Shown: positions 1-11,756 of the stretch, piece after piece
Layout: every line of letters starts with the position of its first letter
How positions within the stretch are numbered: position 1 is the stretch's first letter
NCBI RefSeq assembly: GCF_037042905.1
Contig: NC_087251.1
Coordinates: 10,046,001-10,110,000 of the forward strand
Direction of reading: 5' to 3'
Length of the DNA: 64,000 nucleotides
Source of the DNA: Lytechinus pictus
Lineage: Eukaryota
Notes under the pieces: model-generated
Told to the model about the DNA's origin: nothing
Databases searched by the model: none
The model's input: only the letters and a program-made list of their open reading frames with translations
Position numbers and translations under genes: made by a program

Positions 1-90
1 CTATGTCCATAGCATGGCACCCATCTTATTCATAGAAGTTAACCTTCAAGTTATGAATGCTTTTTGCACATGTTTGGAGTAACCAGATCT

Positions 91-321
91 TCAATTACTA
101 CTTGTATCACTTGTGTTGGGCTCCTCAAAACCATCTCTTTCGGTGATCAGTGCCCTCTCCAGAATTGTGCGACCTTCTTTGTACCTCTGGTTGTCCTCTG
201 TTGCAAATTCATACATCCAGCCTAACTTGGTGTCGCAATTCTTACAGAAGACATCGCGCACCATGTGCCGGCCAGTGATCATCATACGATCTTGTACATC
301 ACTGTATGATAGATTAACAAC
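91..321 (-). CDS. YPEL5: Yippee-like 5, last coding exon ([29 protein letters not shown]...SSN*)
   Basis: Second CxxC and KLGWMYE/YKEG motifs. Acceptor TTCCAG at 322-323, TGA at 91-93. The two exons give 123 aa. Confidence 0.95.
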   Translation of the reverse strand, partial: VVNLSYSDVQDRMMITGRHMVRDVFCKNCDTKLGWMYEFATEDNQRYKEGRTILERALITERDGFEEPNTSDTSSN

Positions 322-749
322 CTGGAAAATAGAAAACAATTGTAATAATCCTTAAAGATAAGAATTCACTTGTGTTATCGAAACATACGATTATGTTACC
401 TATATTAACAGAATCCAACAAAATGACTATCAAATGTTGCATGTAAATACGAGCCAAATGAATCTGGTAGAAAATTTCTTTAATAGTCTCATGATGAATA
501 GTAAACTACTGATGAATCCTTTATTTAGACAGGTGATTTCAAGGCATCTACTGGTTCAATGCACATCTTTTAATCATCATGATTTGAACTTTTCAATGAG
601 AATTTTTGACATCAATATTTCACAGAATTTGATATTACTTTAGTCTATAAAAACCCCAACAATTCCACATTTCTGTTACAAGGAATTCACTTGCGATTAT
701 AAAAAAATAACTTTACTGAAATTAATTTATACAAATTACAAAGAATTAC

Positions 750-890
750 CTTATTGAAGAGGAATGCTCTCCCTGTTGAACCAGTAAACCTTGTTGATAG
801 CAACTCGGCTCTGTTGGTGAGATTGGAATCACAGTTGGCGCAAGAATAGAGTCTGGTGCCACCCATGTGATCAAGGAACACACGACCCAT
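750..890 (-). CDS. YPEL5: Yippee-like 5, first coding exon ([11 protein letters not shown]...GRAFLFNK)
   Basis: Translation matches the YPEL5 N-terminus with CxxC (CANC). Acceptor TTTTAG puts the exon start at 915, ATG at 890, donor GTAATT after 750, phase 0. Confidence 0.95.
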
Positions 891-2016
891 CTTGGCAGAT
901 GAACAGCGTTGAGATCTAAAACACGGAAATATAAACCCACATCTTTTGAATTACATGCATATTCATGCCGTTACAGTCCTTTAAAAATGGACAGGTCACT
1001 TTTCATTAACAAAAAATTACTCAAAATAACAATGAGATATACCTGGCTGGTGAGACATCTTTTCCTTTAATTTTCCATTAAAAAAAATCCAACTTAAAAA
1101 GTTGTGAGGTATCATTTGTGAAAGTATAATAAAGCGAAAGTCCACCCCAATAAAAAGTCAATCTGAATAAAAACAGAAAAAGTCAAACAAGCATAACACT
1201 GAATTTTCATTGAAATTGGATGTGAAATAAGTTCTGAATTAATTTTTTTTTTTAAATTCTCGCCTACATGTAGATCTTTCACAAAACAGTTCAGTCATAC
1301 AGCAGCATTTCGGCTTCGTTAGAATTCTCAGTCACACATCACTTCGCTTGGATTTGTTCTAATTTTTAAATGGACCGAGGGTAGTGACCAAAATCATGCA
1401 AACATGAAGCGAACAAATGAGTGAGCTGCTGGTGCCCCAGGGAGATCTTTCGGTTGCTAACTTTAGCCTGTCTATGGCGAAGCCAAGCATTGCCAAGCAA
1501 AGTGATGTCTGAATAAGAATTTGACAATGACCTGCTCAAGATACAACCGAGATCTACAGCCGTTCCCAATTGCGATATTCGGAAAAGTGGTGGGCATAAC
1601 AGATATTGGGTGATTTCAAGTTAGGTATTCAGTGTTGATGTTGAGAACGTAAAAAGGCAGCTGAACCGAGCTCCAACACCGAGCTGAGTTCAGAGGAATG
1701 TTACCAATCGCGTTATCGATAGCATATGACGTCATGCCTCTGCCCTGCGTTGCTGATCATCTAAACTTGTACACACGGGTGGCCAAATTATTTCCAAACA
1801 CCCCCTAAAAGAGTTTTTCTCTGTGTGCAAAATAACCCCCTTAACAAGTTTTTTTGCGGGCAAAATTTATTTACACATTTTGGCCCCTTAACAAGTTGTC
1901 GCCCGTAGGACAAAAAAAACGAAACGGCATTTCTACTAAAAAGCATCACCTTAATATATTCTTTATTAGCATTATTGTCAAAGAAATTGCTCAAAACTTA
2001 CTATAAAATTTCTTAA

Positions 2017-4030
2017 ATAGTGATATAAGTGATATAAGTTTATTCAAACCAATCAAGTGATATAATACAAATATTTAGTACAAGGTTGGCAAAGAGAATA
2101 TAACATGAACGGTTTGGGACCCCATAGAAGCAGAGCTTGTGAAAGGGGCCCCTTGATGAACATAAAAAAAACAGAGGAAGATATATAAAATTATAGCAAA
2201 ATATTGATGATAAAACAAACATAAAGACAAAACAAAAATAATATAAGAAGATATAAAATGATAAAACATTGTAGCAAAAATATTGATAAAAACAAACATA
2301 CAAAATAAGAGAATATTACAAATATATTTACAATGATAAACTAGAAAGTAAACAAAACAAGTGGAATGCCTCTGGCCGTCTCACCTGCATCACGCGATTC
2401 AATATAGCAGCAGTGCTGATTTTGAAAACTACTATAACTCGCACAAGATGTTCAGTGATACTTGGTTACTCTTATTTCCATGTTTTATGAACTAGACCAA
2501 TACACTTATAGAGATATGATGGCAATTCAACAAATACCCCCAATGTGGCCAAAGTTCTTTGACCTTACATGACCTTTGACCTTGATCATGTGACCTGAAA
2601 CTCGCACAGGATGTTCAGTGATACTTGATTACTATTATGTCCAAGTTTTATGAACTAGACCAACACACTTTCAAATTTATGGCTGTAATTCAACAAATCC
2701 CCCAATTTGGCCAAAGTTCATTGACCCTAAATGACCTTTGACCTTGATCATGTGACCTGAAACTTGCACAGGATGTTCAGTAATACTTGATTACTATTAT
2801 GTCCAAGTTTCATGAATCAGATCCATAAACTTTCAAAGTTATGATGGTAATTCAACAGATACCCCCAATTCGGCCAAAGTTCATTGACCCTAAATGACCT
2901 TTGACCTTGGTCATGTGATGTGAAACTCATGCAGGATGTTCAGTGATACTTGATTAACCTTATGTATAAGTTTCATGAACTAGGTCCATATATTTTCTAA
3001 GTTATGATGACATTTCAAAAACTTAACCTTAGGTTAAGATTTTGATGTTGATTCCCCCAACATGGTCTAAGTTCATTGACCCTAAATGACCTTTGACCTT
3101 GGTCATGTGACATGAAACTCAGGCAGGATGTTCAGTAATACTTGATTAACCTTATGGCCAAGTTTCATGAACTAGGTCCATATACTTTCTAAGTTATGCT
3201 GTCATTTCAAAAACTTAACCTCAGGTTAAGATTTGGTGTTGACGCCGCCGCCGCCGCCGCCGCCGCCGTCGCCGTCGCCGTCGGAAAAGCGGCGCCTATA
3301 GTCTCACTCTGCTATGCAGGTGAGACAAAAATTAATTTAAGACATTTTGCAAGCTCTCAAATAAGAATTTTCGACATGCTTTTTGAATATTGGCAGTGTT
3401 GGACTGGATCTTATGCTTTGCGGTAATCTATTCCATTCTTTGACACAAGCTATCAGAAATGAATTCAAAGCAGTTTTTGTTCTTGCAAACGGTTGATGGA
3501 TAAGATTTCTCTGACGTGTATTGTATGAATGAATGTTGGAGAATTGTGATTTGTACATGAATATTAAACAGTTCAAGGATACTAAATCATCAAGAGGCAG
3601 AATATTGAGCTGCAGAAATAAAGGAATGCTTGGACTTCTGTAATTTGAATATGTAATGATGAGTTTGATGACTTTCTTTTGAAGGATCAGTAGTTTGTTT
3701 AAATGATTCCTGTAAGTATTCCCCCACGCAATATTACAATAAATTGAGGCACAATGATAGAATTATATAGAGTTACTAAGGTTTGTTGGGGTAAAAAGAA
3801 TTAAAGAAACATAACTTTGGTACAAACATTGCTGACGTGATTTTTCCATGATAGATGATCATCTACAACAACTCCCAGAAACCGCACAACTTGACTACGA
3901 TTGATCTGATGACCTCACTATTGATAATGAATCTATATCATCAGGGGTTCTCCTACCCCTTGTTCTAAATACAACAAATTGTGTTTTACTAGTTTTTAAT
4001 AAAAGCTTGTTGGAGCAAAACCATGTAAAT
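2017..4030 (-). mobile_element. Degenerate 5'-truncated non-LTR retrotransposon (CR1/L2-like RT C-terminus plus 3' tail), interrupted by the element at 2356-3330
   Basis: ORF 3337-3576 reads HSYNTR...KEWNRLPQSIR...FKK, typical of the CR1/L2 ORF2 end. WFCSNKLLL remnant near 4020. AATAAA and a short-repeat tail near 2017-2045. Confidence 0.7.
2356..3330 (+). mobile_element. Tsp/DINE-like (non-autonomous Helentron-type) element with internal minisatellite
   Basis: Starts AACAAG. Subterminal inverted repeat GTCTCACCTGCAT (~2378) / ATGCAGGTGAGAC (~3314-3326). About five ~163-190 bp tandem units, a (GCC)n tract at 3243-3281 and a 3' hairpin. Confidence 0.8.
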
Positions 4031-5167
4031 ATTAAATGCTCCATAAAATGTGTCTGGAAATGCAAACAGCATTTTGGCCCATCCCATAGGCTATATTGTG
4101 TGGGCTAGTGGCTGAAAATAGGCATTTTAAAGTCTTTATGCTGACTTACATGTAGACTGTTCGAGCCTCTGTGAGGAGCCAATAAAACATGTCACACCGA
4201 TAGATAATCAACTTGGCTGCTAGAAAATGTGAAGATGTTGCTACAGTACATTTTACTACATTGTTCACTTTATATAGAATGAAAATTTGAGGCAAATTTG
4301 TCAATTGACTTTTTTTTACACATGTCTACAGCACAAATCTGGTGCCATTGCCCATCCTACCAGAATATGACCCCGCGGAAAAAGCGTGGGGAAAATATTC
4401 CCTAATTACGTTTGGCTAGTCTTAAAAAAAAAACCTTTGGTAAAATGAACATACCCTAAATACGTTTGACCCTGCGATTGACCATTGACCAATCTTTCAA
4501 AACTAGGCTACCCCTTTTTTTTTATTCCCGTAACGAGTGCACGCGCGACCCACGTCCAAAACTGAAAAATACCCCTCTAAACGCGTTCTTTTGGTCACGC
4601 GTGTGTACATGTACAGCAATATATTTTACTGCCCCCCCCCCCGGGTCATAGGGTATTGATAACACGATTGGTATCACTCCTCTGGCTCTGAACCCAGCTC
4701 TGTGTTGGAGCTCAGATTAGCATCCTTTTCACGCTCTCAACACCAACACCGTAGGATGGGGGGGGGGGGGGGGGTCGGGTGTCCGGAGACTATATTTTTG
4801 AAGCCTTCTTTTTTGTCTTTGAATTGCACTAAATTTATGAATTCAATAGTCTGATAGTTGTAATCATCTTCTATTTTATTCTCTATAACATTTCCTAACA
4901 TTTTGTACTAAAAATTGATGAAACTTCGCTTGTAAATTTTTCCAAATGACTTTCTAATCTAATCATTGATCATCCGGACACACAACAACTGGGTATACTT
5001 GAAATCACCCAATGTGTGTGTGTGTATTTGAGTTTTGTGTATCAATCAGATGTGATTATTGACGTCTGGAACCGACCTTTAACGTCACCATCTGAAAGAT
5101 GTGACCAGGGCTTGAACCTTGAACCTCTGCATCAATTTGTAACTTCCCCACATAGCTTGGATTACAG

Positions 5168-6442
5168 TAGACCAAAAGCTTCGGTCTCTGTTTGGTTGTT
5201 CCGCTGAACTCTGTTGGCTTCACTCACCAAATTCAGAGACCGAAGTTCTAGCTCGATCTGTTCAGGGACTCAATGGCCATATGTTAATGTATTAAGTTCG
5301 AATAAAACAGGGAAGTGAAGTTGTGTGACAGCCGAAGTAAGTTTATTTTTCCCCGTTTTGGTGCATTTCAGGCCAAAATTGAATAATAATCTTTATTTTG
5401 GTACAGTTCTTTTCATATATTTTTATGAAATAAAGACAAAAATTAATGAGCCCCGTCGGGGGGGGGGGGGGGGGGGGGTTTGCATTGTTAACCCCCTAAT
5501 GGTGCCTGCACGATAGCGAGCCGTCTGTGTATGATGGGGTGTCCAAACTTCCAAGAATTTTCAAAAATATATATCAGGCTTTAATTTGTTCACAAAATAT
5601 TCACAATTTATGCAAAACCACTTCAAGAAATAGTTACCACATTGACGGCAAGATCGTAAACTATAAAATCATTGACGAAAATGAGAAGTAGGTCAAGGGG
5701 CTTTGCCGGTATCGCGATCTCAAAATTCTATTCCGATCGACGAATGCGCGCTGTGCTGGAAATCCGTTCTAAAAAAGTGTGACCTAACTTCGCAGACCAA
5801 AGTTTTTGTGGAGATTTAAACAAAAACTCTAGCTCAAACGGTGAGATATTTATATCAGATTGAGGACAAAATGCTATAGAATCAGCCAGTACCACATTGA
5901 ACTCACATTTTTCATGATAGCTGCTTGCAAACTGATGATATCGTGATGCTTGTTGACAATGTCAGATTTCTTCGGAACGGGCGCTAATAGTAATGTAGAC
6001 AGCTGGCAGCCGTCTGTTTCGAGGAGTTTTTTAACATTTTATTTTATTTCTTTTTCTCCTCATACACAGACGGCTCGCTAGCGTGCAGCCACCATTAGGG
6101 GACTTGCAATGCAAAATCCCCCCGTCGGGGCTCTTCAATTTTTGTCTTTAATGAGTAAAAATTTTGAAAATTCACGCGACCAAAATGCAAATTAATATTC
6201 CCTCTTGGCATCAATTGCCAAAAAACGGAGGAAAATCAAGTTAAAAGGAACAAAAACAGTGACTTACCTCGGCTGTCGCGCAAATTCACTTCCCCGTTTT
6301 ATCCGATCTTAAGTACATAAACATATGGCCATTGAGTCCCCTGTACAGATCGCGCTAGAACTTCGGTCTCTGTATTTGGTGAGTGAAGCCAACGGAGTTC
6401 AGCTGAACAACCAACATAACAGAGATCGAAGCTTTTGGTCTA
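5168..6442. mobile_element. Non-autonomous DNA transposon with ~370 bp TIRs, TA-bounded
   Basis: TAGACCAAAAGCTTCG... at 5168 is the inverse of ...CGAAGCTTTTGGTCTA at 6442. Arms are 5168-5533 and ~6061-6442. Related fragments at 7218-7295 and 8093-8198. Confidence 0.8.
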
Positions 6443-6525
6443 ATAGTAATGGTGACAAATTATCTGATCTTTTGTCAATATTTTCATGAATACTGAACAG
6501 TGAACTCATCCTAAAGAAACTTAGG

Positions 6526-7088
6526 CGCTAATGCAGTTTCGCACCGGCCGATTACCAGCATACCTCATCACCAATACTTGTTCCCAAATATCATGACAAG
6601 TCTCTCAGTCACATTTCGAGGTCACTATACCCACCTCTTTTCCAAATATTGCAATCGGGAACGGCTGTATTTCAGCTTTGATCTCGATGTAGTTGTTCGA
6701 ATCCTCAGACATCACTTCACGGATCGCTTGGATTCGCCGTGCGCCGTAATGTTGATATGGACTGAAGTTATGCGACCAAAAGATTCGCCTCCAGCATGCT
6801 GGCAGTTTGTTCGCCACAATCCCACATGTTCGCATGATTTGGTTGCTAACTTCAGTCCATATCAACATTACGGCGCACAGCGAATCCAAGCGATCCGCGA
6901 AGTGATGTCTGACTCTGAGGATTCGAACAACGATATCGAGATCAAAGCTGAAATACAGCCGTTCCTGATCGCAATATTTGGAAAAGAGGTGGGTATATTG
7001 ACCTCGAAATGTGACTGAGAGACTTGTCATGACATTTGGTGATGAGGTACTTTATGCTGGTAATTGGCCTGTGCGAAACTGCATTAGC
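6526..7088. mobile_element. Palindromic MITE/foldback
   Basis: GCTAATGCAGTTTCGCAC... / ...GTGCGAAACTGCATTAGC. Long self-complementarity explains the mirrored ORFs 6578..7018(+) and 6605..7030(-). Confidence 0.8.
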
Positions 7089-7438
7089 ACCGAAACTTAC
7101 GTCAAAGGGTAATTTTAGGTCGCTTTTCACGTTGATGTTGTCAGATTTTTTTTTAAATTTAAGGATATTATTGGCTAGTTTTTTAGATAATGACCGTCTG
7201 CGAAGTATGGACACACGTAGACCAAAAGCTTCAGTCTCTGTATTTTGGTTGTTCCGCTGAACTACGTTGGCTCCACTCACCATACATAGACTGAAGGGGA
7301 TGGGGCCCCGTACCTACAGCCAACGTATAGTGAACTAGCGTTTTATAGATCGCGATTTAAAACTGTTTTTTAAGCAAAATTGAAAGTTTCATGGTTTCCA
7401 TTATCAGGGAAATATAAATAAATTAAGTAATTGCATAC

Positions 7439-7555
7439 CTTGGGCCGGAGTTATTGAAAAAAATCCTCTGGATGATTGAGAAATCTGTCATCTAAGACAT
7501 TTTCACCTGACCTGACGGTTTTTCTTGCAAGTTGCCATCTTGAATGACGTCATTA
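7439..7555 (-). promoter_or_regulatory. YPEL5: Candidate YPEL5 first exon/promoter
   Basis: CRE palindrome TGACGTCA (7545-7552), YY1-like CAAGATGGC (7534-7542) and donor AAG|GTATGC after 7439. Lies among transposon fragments, so the assignment is tentative. Confidence 0.45.
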
Positions 7556-9270
7556 TCGTATTAACTTAATGTCTCGAATCGATATATCGCGATTATAACT
7601 AGTACTAGTACTAGTATAACTAGTATCGTTTTTCTTCGGTTTCGTTCGCATATGGAGCAGATCGTATAATATCGAAAGCAATATCGATATCACATTCGTG
7701 ATTGTTGACGTTCGTTTGTAAATATTTTATAGTTAGGCTGCCATTTTGACCATTTTTATCGTGTTCAACCCAATTAAACATCGGTAAAGTATATTTTTCA
7801 TGCCTTTTTCATCTATATCGTTTAAAGTATTTAAATGTTAAAATATCCAGTTTTAAAAGTTTGTTGTTTATACATCCTTAGATTGTAAATTCGATGTGTA
7901 AAATTACATCAAACTTTGGACTGTGAATTGACAAAAGGGAGGGAATGAGAACACATGCGAGCCCACACGTACACCCTACCGTCGGTAAATGGGGATTACA
8001 GTAAAATGTCAGAAATTGTTGAATAAATCCCCAGAAACGACGGTTATTCCTGTCTAGGACACACGCAAAGTTTGGTTGGACTCACTGCCATACGAGGAGA
8101 AATAAAATATTTAAAAAACTCCTCGAAACAGACGGCTGCCAGCTGTCTAATATATAGGTCTACGGGCTTTTAAATGTCTGCGAAGTTTGGACACCCCATA
8201 ACCTCCTCTGAGTCTAGATCTATCCTAATTTGGCCTGGCCTGGCGGTGCGGCTTCTGTTCTTCTTGTTGTTGTGCATGCATGAGCAACGCGGAGCGGAGG
8301 CGCATGCATGCCTTGATGCACTGAATCGCCGATGCACTCCCTCGGCCTCGCGATCTCGCATTGGCCACTGCGCTGTTCATGGTCTCCGAATAAAAAACGG
8401 AAGTCGACACTCATTACATACTCAGAATTCAGACTAATTAGCTTCAAAATAGTCTACTAAATTTTATCTGAAGTAAGGCATAATTAACTCACCACATTAA
8501 TGCTTTATTTCTTCACTGAGTTGAAAATTACTCAACACGCGAGCGTATGTAACCTCGTGTTGATGCTACACACATACGACGACGTCGCTCGCAATGTTAA
8601 TGTAAACAATGTAAACATTGCGATCGATATTTCATTTTCCGATATTATTGATTGGTACTGGTGGAGGTGCATGAGATTTAGTTTTGAGAAAAAAAAAACT
8701 TTGAAATATATTGTTTTGCGTGGGGGTCTGTTTCATAAATAACTTATGACTGTCATCACCAGAGGAGTACAAATGGAAGGGGGGGGGGGGGGCTGAGGGC
8801 TCATCCCCCAGCGGGCCCCTCCTATATCATCGGTAAATGAATAGAGAAAAGGAAAGAGAAAAGGAAAGGGAAAAGGGTGAACATTATTTACTGAATATTA
8901 TGTCAAAATCTATCACAAAATTTGATTTTCGTAATGAAAATCTCAAAATTTGTGCTCGCTCGCTTCGCTAATTTGTTGCAGCTTTTTATAAATTTTGCCC
9001 ATATATATCTGGCACCTTCAAATTTTGGCTCATTATACGCCACTGGTCATAATAACTTTGCCATTATGATAACGGGATCCGCGACCACTTGACTGAAGAC
9101 CCGCGAGGTCGAAGGGGGGCCGAAGGCCCGCGATACCGACTTTTTTAAATTTTATTTTATTTTCCTTCATCAGGTGCCGATTGGTAAGACGCCTCGTTGC
9201 AGTGGCGTAGGCCAGTTATCAGAGGGGGGAGGGGGGCAGAGCCAAATATTTCCCAGTAACTCCGAATTAG

Positions 9271-9893
9271 CCGGGAGGGGCCCCTTCCATTGACGAGTGG
9301 ATACCATGCGCGACCACGGGGTCTTGAAAAGCACCCTAAACACGTATTTTCCATATTCTGAAAATGCACCCCTTAACAAGTATTGGCGTGTGAAACCCTA
9401 CCCTTAACAAGTATTGGGAAACAAATACTATTGGCACGTATTCCAAGAATTGAGCCCCTAAACAAGTACAGCGATGTATTTTCCATATTCTGAAAATGCA
9501 CCCCTTATTATTGGAAACAAAATGCTCTTTGGCAAGTATTCCCTGAAATGAACCCCTAAACAAGTGCAGCGATATTTTATTGTTATGTCACGGGTCCGTC
9601 GGTTTTACATTTTATACACCATTATTTTGGTTTAGTACGGCCTCACCTTCCACACCTCGCACAATTCAGACTCTAAACACGTAGTGTTGGGGCACGAATC
9701 GCATCCTTTCTAAAACATATATATTTTTCCGAGCGAAATAGATACCCTTTTTTCAATATTTTTGTGTTTTTGACACCCTTATCACGTTACGTACGTAACG
9801 TGCTTTGTCTTGAAAAAGACATCCTTTTTACATGTTTTTTGGGTCGCGCATGGTATCCACTCGTCAATGTAAGTGGCCCCCCCCCCCCCCAGG
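9271..9893. mobile_element. TIR MITE with G/C-run termini
   Basis: CATTGACGAGTGGATACCATGCGCGACC (~9288) is inverted at ~9842-9869. Internal CCCCTTAACAAG repeats also occur at 1800-1900. Confidence 0.7.
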
Positions 9894-10255
9894 CCTACAT
9901 GTTAAGGACAGCTTGGACTTGGCCATGGAGACATAAATATTCCAACAATCAAATAATGCGAGCGCGAGCTGAAAATTTTTGACATTTCTACATAAAGAAT
10001 GGAAAATATTAATCAATAATTGTAATCGTGAACAGGATAGCTATTTAACTAAATAATTGATGCGAGCGCGCAAAGCGCGAGCGGGAAAATTCAAGATTTT
10101 GACCTTAAACGGGACACTCTATTCATGTTTTGTAAATCATGAAAAGGATGAGTAATAGGGGATCTTCCTACATTAATAATGCGAGCACAAAGCGCGAGCA
10201 GATGCGCGTGCGTGTTTCAGATTTAATCTAGAATCTAGGCATTCTAATACCGTGC

Positions 10256-10701
10256 GTGTTTACATGTGATCGGCTTTTGGTTCAGAACCAAAAGCCGTTG
10301 CAGAATCGGCTTTTGGTTTATCTTGCACTGCGTTTACACGCTGTTACAGCTCGTGGTGCAGAATCAGCTCGCGTGGCAAAAACCTGAAATGATACGCGCA
10401 CCACCAATATACGTCAAAATAAAGACAACGCTGGATCCGTACACTTTGAAGTACGTCATAATGGTAAAGTAAATGATATGCACGCTAATTGCTGATGCAA
10501 AATCGGCCTTCAGTTTACACGTAGTAAAAAAGCCGATTCTGCATCGGCTCGCGGTTCTGAACCTACTACTTTGGTGGTGCAAAATTGCCGATTCTGAACC
10601 GAGAGCCGATGCAAGTTAATCGCGTTTACACGCTATGAAAAAGCAGATGCTGCATCGGCTCGCGGTTCTGAACCGCGAGCCGATCACATGTAAACACGGC
10701 C
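10256..10701. mobile_element. Harbinger-like MITE
   Basis: GTGTTTACATGTGATCGGC / GCCGATCACATGTAAACAC inverted termini with internal repeats. Confidence 0.65.
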
Positions 10702-11750
10702 ATAAATATATCTTTTATCATAAAAAAATCAAAGCGAGCGCGAAGCACGAGCTTAAAATATTTGATATTTCGATCTAAAAAATGTCAATTTCAGCTGTAT
10801 ATTTCAAGCACTTCGTAGGAAAATTGTGAGGTGGATATGGCTTGCACTTAATAAAGAACTGATATTTTTCATTATTATTACTTTGACTTTTGACATAGGA
10901 CCGGCCATCCTTAGGACATGTCATCATATGAAAATAATGACTATCTTTCTATTCCTCTTGCTAATTAAGCGCGAGATGAAACAAAAGTGACAATGTGATT
11001 ATTAAATTTGATATCTTATTTATTAATGCGAGTGCAAATCGCGAGCCGAAATTTTTGATAAACTGTCATGAAAAGAGGATTTTAAGTAGTTTGTAATCAA
11101 TATTGACACATACATAACTCACCAATCAAAATGCGAGCGTGTAGCGCTAGCTGATACGTTTTGACAATCAAACCTGAAAAGGGATATTTTGAAAACCTTA
11201 TGGAATACACGAAAATAATAAGTACCTGATAAATCAAAATTTGCGAGCGCGCAGCGCGAGCAGAAAATATTAATATACTGACCATAAAACTGAAATTTTT
11301 ACAGAGCACTTTATAAGAGTCACAAAATAATGAAAGTTTGATTTCCGAGGTTAAATATGTTTTGTATATTGACTTCCAAACTTGATATTTAAGCTCCATA
11401 TTGAACAAGATATGTAAATCACCTAACAGGCAATGCAAGCGCGAAGCACGAGCGAAAATTTTATATGGTGACATAAAAGATTCTTTTTACTTCCCAAGTC
11501 TTCCCCTCATTTTAATCTTTTTTATTCAATCGTCTTCCTCCTCTTCTTTTTCTCCTCTCTTTTCCTTTTTTTGCTCTGCCAATAGGGGGGGGGGGAGTCC
11601 GGGCCCCTCTGGATCCGCCTATGGATATAAAACAGAAATTGAGTAGAATAAGCTCCACTGGGCATGTTGCCAACATGCCATAATACTCTCTCATTTATCT
11701 GACACACATAAAATAAAATAAATGTCAAGTCATGTCAAAGCATTCAATAT

Positions 11751-11756
11751 TTTATT
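11751..11756 (-). terminator. RBM25: Candidate RBM25 polyadenylation signal AATAAA (predicts ~2.6 kb 3' UTR)
   Basis: TTTATT on the + strand, followed on the minus strand by U/GU-rich sequence, at the border between unique and repeat DNA. Confidence 0.5.

Noticed and set aside
6578..7030. Mirrored 146-aa and 141-aa ORFs
   Set aside because: Artefact of a palindromic MITE; no recognisable domain.
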